Positions 41,940 to 54,244 of a DNA stretch of 64,000 bases are shown here, in pieces. Source of the DNA: Candidatus Atelocyanobacterium thalassae (GTDB lineage: Bacteria; Cyanobacteriota; Cyanobacteriia; Cyanobacteriales; Microcystaceae); the NCBI GenBank assembly GCA_051971635.1, contig JBFPLN010000001.1:1-64000 (forward strand), written 5' to 3'. Made by a program: the position numbers and the translations under genes. The notes below the pieces were generated by a model, which worked only from the letters and a program-made list of their open reading frames with translations, was not told the DNA's origin and ran no database searches. Numbering within the stretch: the first letter of the stretch is position 1; each line of letters begins with the position of its first letter.

Positions 41940-42152
41940 ATGACTATTATGAATCTAACAGAAAAAGATATTTCCGCTTTAACAGAGCAGGATATAATGG
42001 AACTTGTAGTTCGTTTAGATCAAGATGATTACAACAACCCTTTCGAATCTCTTGAAGATTGGCATATATTAAGAACAATACTTTTTCAACGTCAAGATCT
42101 AGCTGAGCCTTATTTACACTTACTTGATATCGAAGCATATGATGAGGCATAA
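41940..42152 (+). CDS. DUF2555 family protein (IsiD-like)
   Basis: RLDQDDYNNPFESLEDWHILR...EPYLHLLDIEAYDEA; GGAGGA RBS. Confidence 0.8.
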   Translation: MTIMNLTEKDISALTEQDIMELVVRLDQDDYNNPFESLEDWHILRTILFQRQDLAEPYLHLLDIEAYDEA

Positions 42153-42354
42153 ATTATATGATCGTTTCAATTATTTCTTCTTAAATTAAGCCATAGCAAA
42201 ACCTTTATAATTCTTTCTAAGAAGACAATCTTTACCCTATGCTAGGTATACTTTATTCGTAACTAAATTTGTTTTTAGATAAGTTTAAATAGAATAGCGA
42301 TCTAAAAATATTATTTAGGTTTTTTGGTAGATCGCATACTTAATAATTATTAAT

Positions 42355-42627
42355 TTAATTTTTTGTGTCTATCAGAGAGAAAAATCCAGGAGCTTTTCCA
42401 GTCCCAGTATTACTATCTTTCTGAGAGATAATTACTGCTCCAATATGATCACTCATAACTGCAACTTTCTTTTCAGTTTGTTTTTCACAAGTTAGTTCTA
42501 TTAGTTGAGGGGAGGATTTCATTGCAGCGATAATTTGCTGATATAAAACTTCTGCATCCGCAACTTCTTTCCTTTGTACAGAAATTGGAATAGGTGTGTA
42601 CTTTAAGGCTAGATCAATACTAATCAT
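42355..42627 (-). CDS. UPF0367 family conserved cyanobacterial protein
   Basis: MISIDLALKYTPIPISVQRKE, ELTCEKQ, C-terminal PGFF; ATG 42627 with GGAG RBS. Confidence 0.8.
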   Translation of the reverse strand: MISIDLALKYTPIPISVQRKEVADAEVLYQQIIAAMKSSPQLIELTCEKQTEKKVAVMSDHIGAVIISQKDSNTGTGKAPGFFSLIDTKN

Positions 42628-42960
42628 AAATACTCCTTTCAATACTATGAAGAAATTATTAGTCAAGATTTTTGACTATATTAAATATACAAAATATTTA
42701 GATAATTATTATTATCGTTGATTTAATACATTTAATATATTAGGCTATATGTTTTACCTAAGAGTTACATATAAGATTTTTATGTCAGTATGAACAGATG
42801 AAAAAATAATTTTTCTAATATCTAATCATATACATATAATAATTATAGGTTAATAACTACTTGTTTTGTTTAATGTTGATTTGACTACTTCAAATATTTA
42901 AAAAACGTTATATGATCCACCTAACTATTAAAGTATAATATTAAAACTATCTAACATACT

Positions 42961-43617
42961 GTGCTACATAAACGCCATAATCGTCTAAAAGAAGTTTTAA
43001 AAAAACGTCAACCTCATTTAACTGTTTTAATGGAAGACGTTCACAAGCCACATAACTTATCAGCAATTATTCGCACTTGTGATGCAGTAGGTATATTAGA
43101 TATTCATATTGTTAACCAAGATGGAAATCTTCCTACATTTAGTAAGATTGCTCAAGGTAGTGATAAATGGGTATCTATAACATCATATAGAGATATTAAT
43201 GACGCTATAAATGCTCTGAGACATAAAAAATTTAAAATTTATGCAGCTCATTTTAGTAACACTGCCACTGAGTATAGAAATATAGACTATACAGAGCCTA
43301 CAGCTATTTTACTAGGGACAGAAAAATGGGGAGTAAGTGAAAAAGCAGCTCAATTAGTTGATGGACACATAACCATCCCTATGCTGGGTATGGTTCAATC
43401 GCTGAATGTTTCTGTTGCTGCTGCAGTAATTTTATTTGAAGTACAGCGCCAAAGATTAGAAGCAAAAATGTACACAAAGATGCAATTATCATCCGTAACA
43501 TATAATGAGACTTTATTCGAATGGAGTTATCCAAATATTTCAGAAATGTATAAAAAAAATGGAAAAAAATATCCATCCTTGGGAGAAAATGGACAAATTC
43601 TTGAAGATAATTTATGA
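42961..43617 (+). CDS. trmH: tRNA (guanosine-18-2'-O)-methyltransferase
   Basis: KPHNLSAIIRTCDAVG, GTEKWG, IPMLGMVQSLNVSVA (SPOUT). Confidence 0.94.
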   Translation: MLHKRHNRLKEVLKKRQPHLTVLMEDVHKPHNLSAIIRTCDAVGILDIHIVNQDGNLPTFSKIAQGSDKWVSITSYRDINDAINALRHKKFKIYAAHFSNTATEYRNIDYTEPTAILLGTEKWGVSEKAAQLVDGHITIPMLGMVQSLNVSVAAAVILFEVQRQRLEAKMYTKMQLSSVTYNETLFEWSYPNISEMYKKNGKKYPSLGENGQILEDNL

Positions 43618-43715
43618 ATCTGAAAATTACCAACTATACAAAAGCTACACGTGAAATTTAAAAATATCTAATTGCAAATAACAATCTTAATTCAAATATT
43701 TTCAATTACATAATT

Positions 43716-44954
43716 ATGGTTAATATAAACGAGAATTACCTTAAACTTAAAGCAGGATACCTTTTCCCTGAAATAACTAGAAGAGTTAATAACTTTTTAT
43801 CTACTAATCCTAATGCTGAACTAATCAAGCTTGGTATTGGAGATGTAACCGAACCTCTTCCAGAAGCTTGTGTAAAAGCTATGAAGAGTGCTGTAGAAGA
43901 TATGGGAGATCGTAGTAAATTTAAAGGTTATGGTCCAGAGCAAGGATATCAATGGTTAAGAGAGAAAATTGCATATTATGATTTTCAATTAAGAGGTTGT
44001 GATATTGATTTCTCAGAAATATTTATATCAGATGGGTCAAAATGTGATACAGGTAATATTCTTGATATCTTTGGTCAAAATAATAGAATTGCAATTACAG
44101 ATCCTGTTTATCCAGTCTATGTAGACACAAATGTAATGGCTGGTAATACTGGTCATATGAATACAGACAATAAATACAGTAATCTTGTTTATCTTCCTAT
44201 TAAGGAAGATAATGATTTTGTTGCTGATATCCCTGATACTAAAGTAGATTTAATTTATCTTTGTTTCCCTAATAATCCAACCGGTGCCGTTGCTCATAAA
44301 GAATATTTAAAATCTTGGGTTGATTATGCACAAGCTAATAATTCAATAATTCTTTTTGATGCAGCATATGAAGCTTTTATTACAGAAAAAACTCTTCCTC
44401 ATTCTATTTATGAAATAGAAGGGGCTAAAAATTGTGCTATAGAATTCCGCTCTTTTTCTAAAAATGCTGGTTTTACAGGTACTCGTTGTGCATTTACGGT
44501 AGTTCCAAAAACTTTAATTGCTAACACAGAAAATGGTTCTAAAGTAAAGCTTTGGGAAATGTGGAATCGTCGTCAATCTACTAAGTTTAATGGTGTATCT
44601 TATATCATTCAAAGAGGAGCAGAAGCTGTTTACTCTGAAGAAGGAAAAATGCAAGTTAATAATTTAGTGAAATTTTATCTTGAAAATGCACAAATAATAC
44701 GTCAACAGCTAAGCACCACGAAATTAAGCAAAATTTATGGTGGTATTAATTCACCTTACATATGGCTAAAAACTCCAGAAAATATCTCTAGCTGGGAATT
44801 TTTTGATGAACTACTACAAACAGTAAATATTGTTGGAACTCCAGGTTCTGGCTTTGGTTCAGCAGGAGAGGGCTATTTTCGTATTTCAGCTTTCAATAGT
44901 AGAGAAAATATTGAAAAAGCAATGAAACGTATAAAAAAATACTATAAAGTTTAA
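43716..44954 (+). CDS. dapL: LL-diaminopimelate aminotransferase
   Basis: [43 protein letters not shown]. Confidence 0.97.
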   Translation: MVNINENYLKLKAGYLFPEITRRVNNFLSTNPNAELIKLGIGDVTEPLPEACVKAMKSAVEDMGDRSKFKGYGPEQGYQWLREKIAYYDFQLRGCDIDFSEIFISDGSKCDTGNILDIFGQNNRIAITDPVYPVYVDTNVMAGNTGHMNTDNKYSNLVYLPIKEDNDFVADIPDTKVDLIYLCFPNNPTGAVAHKEYLKSWVDYAQANNSIILFDAAYEAFITEKTLPHSIYEIEGAKNCAIEFRSFSKNAGFTGTRCAFTVVPKTLIANTENGSKVKLWEMWNRRQSTKFNGVSYIIQRGAEAVYSEEGKMQVNNLVKFYLENAQIIRQQLSTTKLSKIYGGINSPYIWLKTPENISSWEFFDELLQTVNIVGTPGSGFGSAGEGYFRISAFNSRENIEKAMKRIKKYYKV

Positions 44955-45021
44955 TTTTTAAAAGAATAATATTTTAGAATCTATATCAATAACCAAAAAT
45001 ATTAGATGTTTTTGGATTAAC

Positions 45022-45807
45022 TTATACTTTAAATAAAATTCGTTTCTTGATATAGATTCCTACTAAAGTTATTAAAGCTATGCAAATAAAACCTATTCCT
45101 AGGTAATTAGGAGTCCAAAAAACTGTCTCAATTCTATTTATTTTTCCTGCTTGAAGCTTCCAACCAATTTTTTGCTCTTCTTTATTAAAGCTATCGTTAA
45201 GTTTATTATTTTCTTGAGTATTTTTAATATTCCAAGGAGAGATTAACGTAAATTCTAAATCTGCCAAAGAATTTGAATTAATTAATTTATTTCCTTTCTT
45301 AGATAATATCTCTAAGTCACGTAGATCAATTTCAATACTCAAATTATTATATTCTGCCAATAAAAAGTTATGTTTTTTAATTGACATCTGTGTTTCTAAA
45401 TGAGCTATGTTAGGAGCTTCATCTTCAATGCTAGAAGTTATAAAAGATCTGTTAGGGTTAAAGAAAAAATTAAATTTTTCTACCAAATCAGGACTACTAT
45501 TGAAAGGAATAGTTAATAACAACTCATTCTTAGAGAGCCTTTTAACTTTTCCATTTAATTTTTTTGTACGATTTTCTAAGCTCTTGAACCATTTATTTAT
45601 CTCAACTGGACTAAACTTTAACAATTGTTCTGCTATGTTTATATGTTGAACAATTTCTCCGTGATGTTGATTATGAAAATTCACTCCGATATCATAATGA
45701 ACACATCCCGAAAGGAAAATTAATAGGTTAAATATAAGACAAAAGAATAGAGATTTTAAGCTTCTCACTTTATGTGTTGTTTTATACTTTTTATTGCAAG
45801 AATTCAT
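45022..45807 (-). CDS. DUF3153 family lipoprotein-like membrane protein
   Basis: LSGC lipobox then VHYDIGVNF, IPFNS, WKLQAGKINRIE..FW, C-terminal TM. Confidence 0.8.
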   Translation of the reverse strand: MNSCNKKYKTTHKVRSLKSLFFCLIFNLLIFLSGCVHYDIGVNFHNQHHGEIVQHINIAEQLLKFSPVEINKWFKSLENRTKKLNGKVKRLSKNELLLTIPFNSSPDLVEKFNFFFNPNRSFITSSIEDEAPNIAHLETQMSIKKHNFLLAEYNNLSIEIDLRDLEILSKKGNKLINSNSLADLEFTLISPWNIKNTQENNKLNDSFNKEEQKIGWKLQAGKINRIETVFWTPNYLGIGFICIALITLVGIYIKKRILFKV

Positions 45808-45840
45808 ACCTTTTTACTTATCCTAAAATTTTTATTGTTA

Positions 45841-48093
45841 TCAATCTTCATCCCAATCATTGCCATTTACTGAACTTCCTCCCCCGACAGTAACTAAATC
45901 AATTTGTTGTCGATAATAATCAACACTTTTGACTTCGACTTCAACTTCATCTCCTAATCGATAAGCTATATGGTTTTTTCGTCCTACTAGACATCCGTGA
46001 CGAGAACGATATTCATACCAATCATCTTTGAGAGAACTAACATGAACCAATCCTTCTACTAATAAATGTTCAATTTCAACAAAAAATCCATAAGACTGAA
46101 CACCTGTAATTAGTCCCTGAAATACTTTGCCTGTTTGTTTTTTCATTTTTTCCGCTTTTTTTAATCCCTCAAGATCTTTTTCTGCATCTTCAGCGGTTTT
46201 TTCTTGGTCATTTAGATGAGTGACTAAAAAGCGAAGATCTTCTTCTAATTCTTCTTGAATTATTGGAGGTAAAACATTCCACGTAATGCTACCATGACAC
46301 TTACTACTATAAAGGTCGACCCCTGTTTTTGTTTGCTTAGTTCTGCGATCTCTACCATCACTAAAAACTAACTTCAATATCCGTTGAATTAATAAATCAA
46401 CATATCGCTTACCTGGAGATATACAATGACTATAGGAGTCATTATACGCTAAACCAAAATGAGAACCTGGATGACTATTATATCTAGAAGATTTTAGAGT
46501 CCCATGAAGTAGATAGTTAAGAACATTAACATGAGAAGACTTATTCAATAGTTGAGTCAAATTATAATAATCTTGTGGAATAATCTCTTCATCATATTGA
46601 AGATTAAATTCAATACCTAGATTTTGAACCAACTTTAATAAATCTTCTAATTCTTCCCAATCAGGTTCCGGTTGAGTACAATAAATGCCTGGTACTCCTA
46701 AAGCATTAATATGGGTGGCTACAACTTTATTTGTTAAAATTAACAACTCGGTTAATAAAGAACGAATAGGTGTTTTAGATGAAGCCATAATAGTTCCAAT
46801 TCTACCTTCATCTTGATAGGGTAATTTAGGCTCTAATTGTAACTCAAACCCTCCTCTTTGAAGCCTTTGAGCTTTAATCAGAGGACTCACAGTAAAAAAT
46901 AAGTTTTGGAGTTTTTCAATTAAACTTTTTTGTTTATCATGAACTTTATTTGGATCTGCTAAAAGCTCTTGTGTTTTCTGATATGTTAACTGATAGTCAA
47001 TATTAATAATTGTAGGTTTAATTGAAAATTCTAAAAGTTGGCCACCTCTATCAAAAGTCATAATTACAGAAACTGTAAGAGAATCTTTATTTGGCTTCAG
47101 AGAATAATTTTCTGTAATAGATTCTGGCAACATGGGTAAGACTTTTTCTCCAAGATAGAATGTCGTACCACGTTTCTTAGCTATTTTATCAAGAGAGGAA
47201 CCCGATTGAATATAATGGGCTATATCTAGAATATGGACTCCTAGCTGTAAGTGATTATCCTCTGTCTCTTCCAGAGTAAAAGCAGTTTCTATGAAGGGAT
47301 GGCAATCTCTAATTACATCTTCTGTAAAAGTAAAAGATGTTACACTCCTCCAATCGGAACGTTGCTCTAACTCCTTAATTTCAATTTTTTTAGGCAATTC
47401 CTCGGCTAACTTTAATTCATTTTCTGTAAAATTTTGCGGCAAGTCATGTTTACAGCAAACAATATCAGTATCTGCTGCTGCCTCTGCATCACTACCTAAA
47501 ACACGAGTAACTTTCCCTACAGGGGGATGCTCCCCAATAGGATAGCGAACTACAGAAACATGAACTAGATGATCTACAGCCTTTTCTAAGCTACTTCCTT
47601 CTTCTGCAAGTGATAATTCAAATAATAAGCGATCATCTAAAGGAATAGCATGATAATTCTGATTATCTTTCTTGACTTGAGCTAATAAGGATGGGTTAGA
47701 ACGTTCTAAAATTAACTTTACTTCACCTTCTGGTGAACGTCGACGAGTTCCTTCTTTGATTATCTTAACTAGCACTCGATCTCCATTCCAAGCATTACTT
47801 AAATGAGCTTCTCTTACGTAGATATCTTCTTCATCTTCATTATCTTGGATAGCAAAACAAAATCCTTTACTCGAACAACGTAATTTAGCTTGAACAAGGT
47901 TATCTTCAAGAATACGGCGATATTTACCTCGTTCTTTTTCTAAAATGCCTACCAGTTCTAAGGTGTCAAGTATCGCTTGTAACTGTTGTATACTTGTGTT
48001 ATCTTCACACCCTAATTTTTTTTCTAAATGTTTGGCCGCCACCAATTTGTTATCACTGAAGTAGGATAAAAGTGTAGCGATTGAAAATTCCAT
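45841..48093 (-). CDS. rnr: Ribonuclease R/II family protein (Zam-like)
   Basis: LRCSSKGFCFA, AWNGDRVLV, HFGLA, RNB domain, C-terminal S1 (GVQSYGFFVE, EGLVHVSSL). Confidence 0.9.
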   Translation of the reverse strand: MEFSIATLLSYFSDNKLVAAKHLEKKLGCEDNTSIQQLQAILDTLELVGILEKERGKYRRILEDNLVQAKLRCSSKGFCFAIQDNEDEEDIYVREAHLSNAWNGDRVLVKIIKEGTRRRSPEGEVKLILERSNPSLLAQVKKDNQNYHAIPLDDRLLFELSLAEEGSSLEKAVDHLVHVSVVRYPIGEHPPVGKVTRVLGSDAEAAADTDIVCCKHDLPQNFTENELKLAEELPKKIEIKELEQRSDWRSVTSFTFTEDVIRDCHPFIETAFTLEETEDNHLQLGVHILDIAHYIQSGSSLDKIAKKRGTTFYLGEKVLPMLPESITENYSLKPNKDSLTVSVIMTFDRGGQLLEFSIKPTIINIDYQLTYQKTQELLADPNKVHDKQKSLIEKLQNLFFTVSPLIKAQRLQRGGFELQLEPKLPYQDEGRIGTIMASSKTPIRSLLTELLILTNKVVATHINALGVPGIYCTQPEPDWEELEDLLKLVQNLGIEFNLQYDEEIIPQDYYNLTQLLNKSSHVNVLNYLLHGTLKSSRYNSHPGSHFGLAYNDSYSHCISPGKRYVDLLIQRILKLVFSDGRDRRTKQTKTGVDLYSSKCHGSITWNVLPPIIQEELEEDLRFLVTHLNDQEKTAEDAEKDLEGLKKAEKMKKQTGKVFQGLITGVQSYGFFVEIEHLLVEGLVHVSSLKDDWYEYRSRHGCLVGRKNHIAYRLGDEVEVEVKSVDYYRQQIDLVTVGGGSSVNGNDWDED

Positions 48094-49071
48094 CTATAAT
48101 AGTCCTTTCTAAAATGTTAAGTGAATCTAAATTAATCTAAAAAAATGAAAAGATAAGCGTTAAATTAAATCTAATAGTGGATAAGTGTTTTACTTAAAAA
48201 CATATTCTAGGTTCTAGAGATAGTTATTTAGGCATTAGGGATACTTTTCCTTCTATAGATTAAAAATACCTTAGAAAACATTTGATGTTGTGTTGGAGAA
48301 ATATGCTTCTAAAGCAAACAAGAAATTTCTTTTCATAAGGAATAACTCTTGTTAGAAACTAAGTTTATTGAAAATTAGAAAAATTAATTAGTTAATTTAC
48401 TTTTCTATATAAATATATCCAGCTTACTATTTTAACAATAGAAGTGACATTCTGAGCTCAGAAGCAAGGAAAATAAAATAAATTAGTTATTGATACGTAC
48501 AAAGTAGTATATAACTGTAAGTATTTTTAAATAGTTTTTTGAGTCAAAATTTCACGTTGCTGAAGCAAAAAGTTAATGACCAATGGCTAGGAGGAGTACT
48601 ATCATCGGATATATTTAGAACTCTATTATAATCAATAAAAAGGTTTCTATCAAATTTTCTCTAGATATATAGACACAATGAAATTCGATATTTTTTATTA
48701 ATTTAATAAAAATTCATCATAAATAATAAATTATGAATTGTAGGTAATACTATTGGTAATAATAATATTCTAAAAAAATAATATTCTCTAGCTATAAAAT
48801 TAAAATTTCATATTCATTTTTTTAATTTCATAACTAGACAATTTTGATAAAAAATATTATGTTTATATTGCTCATTTCGAATTTTATATAGTTATTATAT
48901 ATCTAAAAAATATCCTAGGAAGTTAAATTTAGTGTTGTACTTATAGTCCTTGCAAAGCTAGGCTTTCATAATTTTATATATTTTGCTTGTTTTATTTTTT
49001 TACGGATACAAGCTTATTTAATTTCAATATTGCAACTAGCATAGATCTTAATTAATCTTTGTTAATTAAGA

Positions 49072-50031
49072 TCATTTTTTTATAATATAATCACCGCTAA
49101 CTTCCAAAATAAATTGAATAGATAACGAAGATGTCTGTGAACCATGAGAAGAATTAATTAGTTTGACTCCTTCTTCTACTTGTTCGAAATTAGGAGCTTT
49201 TAAATTATTATATTGTAAAAACATGCGAACAACTCTTCTCTGCAATGCCAAAGGGATTTTTTGTAGTAATTTTTTTTTAAGCTGAGTTTTTTTTTCGTCT
49301 GTGACTAGCTTTAGAATTTTCTGAGCTTCTTTTTCTAAATAATCAGATTCTGCTTTTAAGACTTTAGATGTTTGATACAGAGTCTTTTCGACCTGAGGGT
49401 TGAAATTTAACTTCAAGTAAGGTACTAGTTGTTTACGAATTCTATTACGTGCATAATTAAGATTAGTATTAACTTCGTCTTCCCAGACCGGTAAATTAAA
49501 CTGTTTACAAAAGAATAATGTCTCAGTACGGGAAATATTCAATAAAGGACGTATTAAGTTAACTGAGTTTGTTAAAGCACGTGTCCATGTGAGTACACTT
49601 AAACCATGACTTCCTGCACCTCTAATTAAATTATATAGTACTGTCTCAGCTAAATCACCTGAGGTGTGACCTGTCACTATCTCAGTAAAATTATTTTTTT
49701 CTGCAATTTCTAGTAATGCTTTATAACGCCATTCTCTAGCTACTGATTCAGTAGCTTTTAGTATCTGTGTTTGTTTCAAATAAAAATTAATATTCCATTT
49801 TTCAGATATCTTTTTAACATGATCTGAAATACCTGTATCAGACAGCCAACCATGGTCACAGTGAGCAACAGCAACTTCCCAGTGCCACTTTGATCGAAGA
49901 TCCATAATTAACCTAAGTAAACAAAGCGAGTCTTGCCCTCCTGATACTGCAACCAATATACGCTTTCTAGGAGGCAGGATTAAATTTTTTTGAAGAGTTT
50001 TATTCACCCTCGTATGAAGTGATGTCCACAT
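49072..50031 (-). CDS. tilS: tRNA(Ile)-lysidine synthetase
   Basis: AVSGGQDS, HCDH, AREWRY, TGH...AETVLYNLIRG, RNRIR. Confidence 0.95.
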   Translation of the reverse strand: MWTSLHTRVNKTLQKNLILPPRKRILVAVSGGQDSLCLLRLIMDLRSKWHWEVAVAHCDHGWLSDTGISDHVKKISEKWNINFYLKQTQILKATESVAREWRYKALLEIAEKNNFTEIVTGHTSGDLAETVLYNLIRGAGSHGLSVLTWTRALTNSVNLIRPLLNISRTETLFFCKQFNLPVWEDEVNTNLNYARNRIRKQLVPYLKLNFNPQVEKTLYQTSKVLKAESDYLEKEAQKILKLVTDEKKTQLKKKLLQKIPLALQRRVVRMFLQYNNLKAPNFEQVEEGVKLINSSHGSQTSSLSIQFILEVSGDYIIKK

Positions 50032-50176
50032 TAAATGTTTTGTACTTTACTGGTTAATATATAAAACAATAACAACTGAACATGAAAATTGTTTAATAAT
50101 AGTTTTTAATATAAGAATTTATATTAAATTAGATTTTCAGATAAAGCAGAGAATTTTATTTAACCGATATTTTGTT

Positions 50177-51184
50177 CTATAAAAACCAACCATAAGAATG
50201 TAAACCATTTCCTAAAAGATTTACTCCTAGATAGCATATCCAAACAACTACAAAACCTCCTGCTGCAAGAATTGCAGGCTTCCTACCTTGCCAATCTTTG
50301 GTAATCCTGGCATGTAAATAAGCAGCGAATACTAACCAAGTAATCAAAGCCCAAGTTTCTTTTGGATCCCAACTCCAATAAGAGCCCCAAGCTTCATTAG
50401 CCCATACTGCTCCAGCAATTATACCAATAGTCAATAATGGAAACCCTAAACCTATAATTCGATAACTAAGATTATCTAAGTTATCTGCTAAATTAAGATA
50501 CTGAGGAGAAAGGTTAGCTTTTATATTATGTGTGTCATTCGTATTGAAGAAGTTTTTTGAATGATCATTATTATGAGATTTCTTAGTCTGTTTAATCAAA
50601 TATTTATCATCATTGGAAGATTGTTCTAATGAGTTACTTCGGTAGCTTCCTGTTCCGACAGAACTACCGCGAAGATTAATATCTTGATTTCTAGTAATAA
50701 TTAAAAAAGCAATAGCCATTATAGACCCTACCATTAAGGCAGAGTAGCTCAACATCATGACGCTAACATGCATCATTAACCAATTAGATTTAAGAGCAGG
50801 AACAAGAGGAGAAGAAACTCTCATATCTGGTGGTAAAGATATTGTGGCAAAGGCTGTAATTGCCATAGCTATGGGAGTTATTACTACTCCTATCAACGAT
50901 ATACTTAACAGTGATTCAACTATCAGGTAAGTAGTTATGATACCCCAAGCTAAGAAGAAAAGTGATTCATACAAATTACTCAAAGGAAAATATCCTCCTT
51001 CTATCCACCTTGCTCCTAATAGAGTTGCTATTGATAAATTTGCTATTATGCCTCCAGTAGTCCCTAAAACAGGAAACCAGGTCAAAACAGGAAAAGCTGC
51101 TCCTATCCAATAAATCAACATCGTTAATAACAGAACAAAAAACGACGCATTATCTAAAAAATTCTCTAAAATTACTAAGTCCAT
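50177..51184 (-). CDS. ccsA: Cytochrome c biogenesis protein CcsA (also annotated CcsB)
   Basis: [39 protein letters not shown] (WWD), LHSYG. Confidence 0.96.
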   Translation of the reverse strand: MDLVILENFLDNASFFVLLLTMLIYWIGAAFPVLTWFPVLGTTGGIIANLSIATLLGARWIEGGYFPLSNLYESLFFLAWGIITTYLIVESLLSISLIGVVITPIAMAITAFATISLPPDMRVSSPLVPALKSNWLMMHVSVMMLSYSALMVGSIMAIAFLIITRNQDINLRGSSVGTGSYRSNSLEQSSNDDKYLIKQTKKSHNNDHSKNFFNTNDTHNIKANLSPQYLNLADNLDNLSYRIIGLGFPLLTIGIIAGAVWANEAWGSYWSWDPKETWALITWLVFAAYLHARITKDWQGRKPAILAAGGFVVVWICYLGVNLLGNGLHSYGWFL

Positions 51185-51612
51185 AAATTATTTGATCTCC
51201 AACATTTTATTAACTCATTTTCTTATTTTATTGTAAGTTATCTATACTTTCCCATATAGTAAAAATGTCAAGCCATTCAGCTAGATATAAATATCATTAT
51301 TGATTCATGCTTCTACCCAAATATATAAAATTTTATATGTAAGCTGTTTTTATCTATTTTGTTAGATTTCATGATAAGAAAGCTCTATTATTAGCATATA
51401 CTAATTGTGAGATCATCTAAATATAAAAAAGTAATACAGTATCAGGATTATTTCATCTCTAAATAAATTTTAAAGTGCAAATTGATTTTTTTTAAAGAAC
51501 GATACTTTTCTCAAAAAAAATTACTAAATACTAAATATTTCCGAAAATATTAGATTATTTAGCTTCTATACAAACGTAGTATGATAAATAATAGTCTAAA
51601 AATGCTAAATCA

Positions 51613-52662
51613 ATGATCATCAAACGTAGCAAGAAAAACCAAAATAAATCTGATGATACTTCTTTAAAAGAATATAAAAATGATACAGCAGACATTCAAA
51701 GAAAAGACTACCCAATAGATGATATTCGTCCAAGCTCTCTTAAAGAGTATATTGGACAAAAAGACTTAAAGAATATATTAGATATTATTATCAAAGCTGC
51801 TAAGTTACGAGACGAGCCAATCGATCATTTGCTTTTATATGGACCACCTGGACTCGGTAAAACAACTATATCCTTAGTATTAGCATCAGAAATGGGAGTT
51901 AATTGCAAAATAACTTCTGCACCATCTTTAGAAAAACCAAAAGATATAATTGGGCTTCTATTAAAGCTAAAGCCTGGAGATATCTTATTTATTGACGAGA
52001 TTCATCGACTTAACCATTTAACTGAAGAACTATTATATCCAGTCATGGAAGATTACCGTCTTGATATTACCCTTGGTAAAGGACAATCAACTAAGATAAG
52101 TAGTATCTCATTGCCAAAATTTACATTAATAGGAGCTACTACTAAAATTGGTAATGTGTCTTTCCCTCTACGGGACCGTTTTGGACTAGTTCAACGTTTA
52201 AAATATTATGAGTATCATGAATTAATTTTAATTATTAAGCGTAGTGCCATAGTTTTACATACTTTAATTACCCATGAAGGAGCAATTGAAATTGCTATTC
52301 GTTCCAGAGGAACTCCTAGGATTGCGAATCGATTATTAAGAAGAGTTCGTGATTATATACAGGTTAAAGGAATGAATCTTATTACCAAAGACTTAGCGAT
52401 AGACGCTTTAAATTTATACAAAATAGACTCCAAAGGATTAAATTGGACTGATCATTTGATCCTAGAAACTATGATTTTTCAATTTAACGGAGGGCCTGTT
52501 GGTTTAGACGCTATTGCTGCATCTACTGGAGAAGATATAAAGACTATTAAGCATGTTTATGAACCATATCTACTGCAAATTGGCTATATAAACCGTACAC
52601 CAAGAGGAAGAGTAGTTACAGAAGCAGCATATAAATATATGGAAACAATAGAAAGAAAATAA
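51613..52662 (+). CDS. ruvB: Holliday junction helicase RuvB
   Basis: [41 protein letters not shown]. Confidence 0.97.
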   Translation: MIIKRSKKNQNKSDDTSLKEYKNDTADIQRKDYPIDDIRPSSLKEYIGQKDLKNILDIIIKAAKLRDEPIDHLLLYGPPGLGKTTISLVLASEMGVNCKITSAPSLEKPKDIIGLLLKLKPGDILFIDEIHRLNHLTEELLYPVMEDYRLDITLGKGQSTKISSISLPKFTLIGATTKIGNVSFPLRDRFGLVQRLKYYEYHELILIIKRSAIVLHTLITHEGAIEIAIRSRGTPRIANRLLRRVRDYIQVKGMNLITKDLAIDALNLYKIDSKGLNWTDHLILETMIFQFNGGPVGLDAIAASTGEDIKTIKHVYEPYLLQIGYINRTPRGRVVTEAAYKYMETIERK

Positions 52663-53007
52663 ACATTGATATAAAAGCTGTATCTCGATTGCTAATATTT
52701 TTAATCAAATTTTTATAAAAATATGTGATTTTATAAACAAAAGGAATTATTACTCATTGCATAATTTTATTTAAAATATAAGCTTATAATCTGTGAAGCA
52801 CTGAATTTAATATTTAAATAAATCTCATTATGTTTCTTATTTATCAATAAAAGAAACACAATAAGACCCTTGCAAAGTAAAGTTTTAAAAATAAGAAAAG
52901 TGTATTACTACGAAAATAGCTGTTGAGTAGGCCTGTTAGCTTTGGTAACTAATTTTAGTAAATAATACCTTCTCGATATTTATAATTAACTCTATAGTTC
53001 TTAAAAG

Positions 53008-53943
53008 TTAACCATTCCATATTTTTTCTAATATTATCGATGGAGAAATATCAGCTAATTGTTTGCTAGAAGATTGAATTGCAATACAGCGATCATGCTT
53101 TATGGGAATTTTATGATTAGCATTAGTATCTGCAAATATAGCTATTGTATATGTTCCTATAGCTATACCTAATTGTAATGGAACACTATCAGTGCAGACT
53201 AAAAGATTAGCTCCAGCAATAATTGCAGCCAGTTTACCTAAATTGTTAGGGTTGATTATTTTAAGATTTTTGCAGTTCCCTAATATAGGCTTTGTCCACA
53301 TTTCATCTATGCTGTCTTGTAAGAGAACTATTGACAAAGAAGGTTCTTTTTTATGAATTGCATCAATGACCTGTACCCAGCTAGATGTTGGATATAGATT
53401 ATTTGTACCTCCATATATTAAGATATAACCATTTTCTTCTATCGATAAACGTTGTAACTCTTTTTCAGTCCAGTCTATATCATTTCTTGGAACAGCTATT
53501 TTTATAGAAGGACAGGAAGAGTGAATATCTAACTTCGAAAGCAAATCATGATATGTCTCTGCAGCATATTGCTCTTCATCTTGAACAATTGAATGTGATA
53601 GTAACCATGATGTTGATGTTTTATAACCAATACGCCAAGGAATATTGTTTGACCACAATAATAACTCTAAAAACCAATTTTTTTCAGCAGTTATAACAAT
53701 ATCATATCCTCTATCACGAATTACTCCAATTAAGTTCAGATAATCAGCAGATACATTACGATCTTGATAGTTAAAAATAAGAATCTCATTTACGTAGGGA
53801 CATATTCGATAAGCCGGTTTAGCTAGTGGCTCTACTAGAACATCGATAAGCGCATTAGGATATTTAATGTTAAGGCTTTCTAGGGTTGGGAAAAATAAAA
53901 GTTGTTCATTTATTCCTCCAGGAACTAAAGATAGTATTCGCAT
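53008..53943 (-). CDS. Glycosyltransferase family 9 (heptosyltransferase-like)
   Basis: MRILSLVPGGINEQLLFFP, AAIIAGANLLVCTDS..LQL. Confidence 0.88.
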   Translation of the reverse strand: MRILSLVPGGINEQLLFFPTLESLNIKYPNALIDVLVEPLAKPAYRICPYVNEILIFNYQDRNVSADYLNLIGVIRDRGYDIVITAEKNWFLELLLWSNNIPWRIGYKTSTSWLLSHSIVQDEEQYAAETYHDLLSKLDIHSSCPSIKIAVPRNDIDWTEKELQRLSIEENGYILIYGGTNNLYPTSSWVQVIDAIHKKEPSLSIVLLQDSIDEMWTKPILGNCKNLKIINPNNLGKLAAIIAGANLLVCTDSVPLQLGIAIGTYTIAIFADTNANHKIPIKHDRCIAIQSSSKQLADISPSIILEKIWNG

Positions 53944-54244
53944 AGCTTATGTTTAAATTATGATGTTTATCCATCTAGATTACGACATAATAGTTCAACT
54001 TTAATAAAAAATTTTGAAAGCTGCCTTAATATCAAGAAATAAATTGCAATGGAATTGCGAGTAAATATTTTTATGTTAATTTTTAAAGGCTTGATGTGAC
54101 TTGGCTAAAAAGATAATGATAATTAAGATTAATGTAATATTTACATAATAAAGCTTGTTTTTATATGAAATTTAAATATTTTTAGAATATAGAAATTATT
54201 GAACAATCTTTTAGATATTTACTTTAGCTTTAGAGTTAAATAAA

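Noticed and set aside
48542..48631. Short open frame SQNFTLLKQKVNDQWLGGVLSSDIFRTLL
   Set aside because: Under 30 codons, no convincing start or RBS, and no family I can recognise.
51613..52662. ruvB without adjacent ruvA/ruvC
   Set aside because: These genes are commonly unlinked in cyanobacteria.
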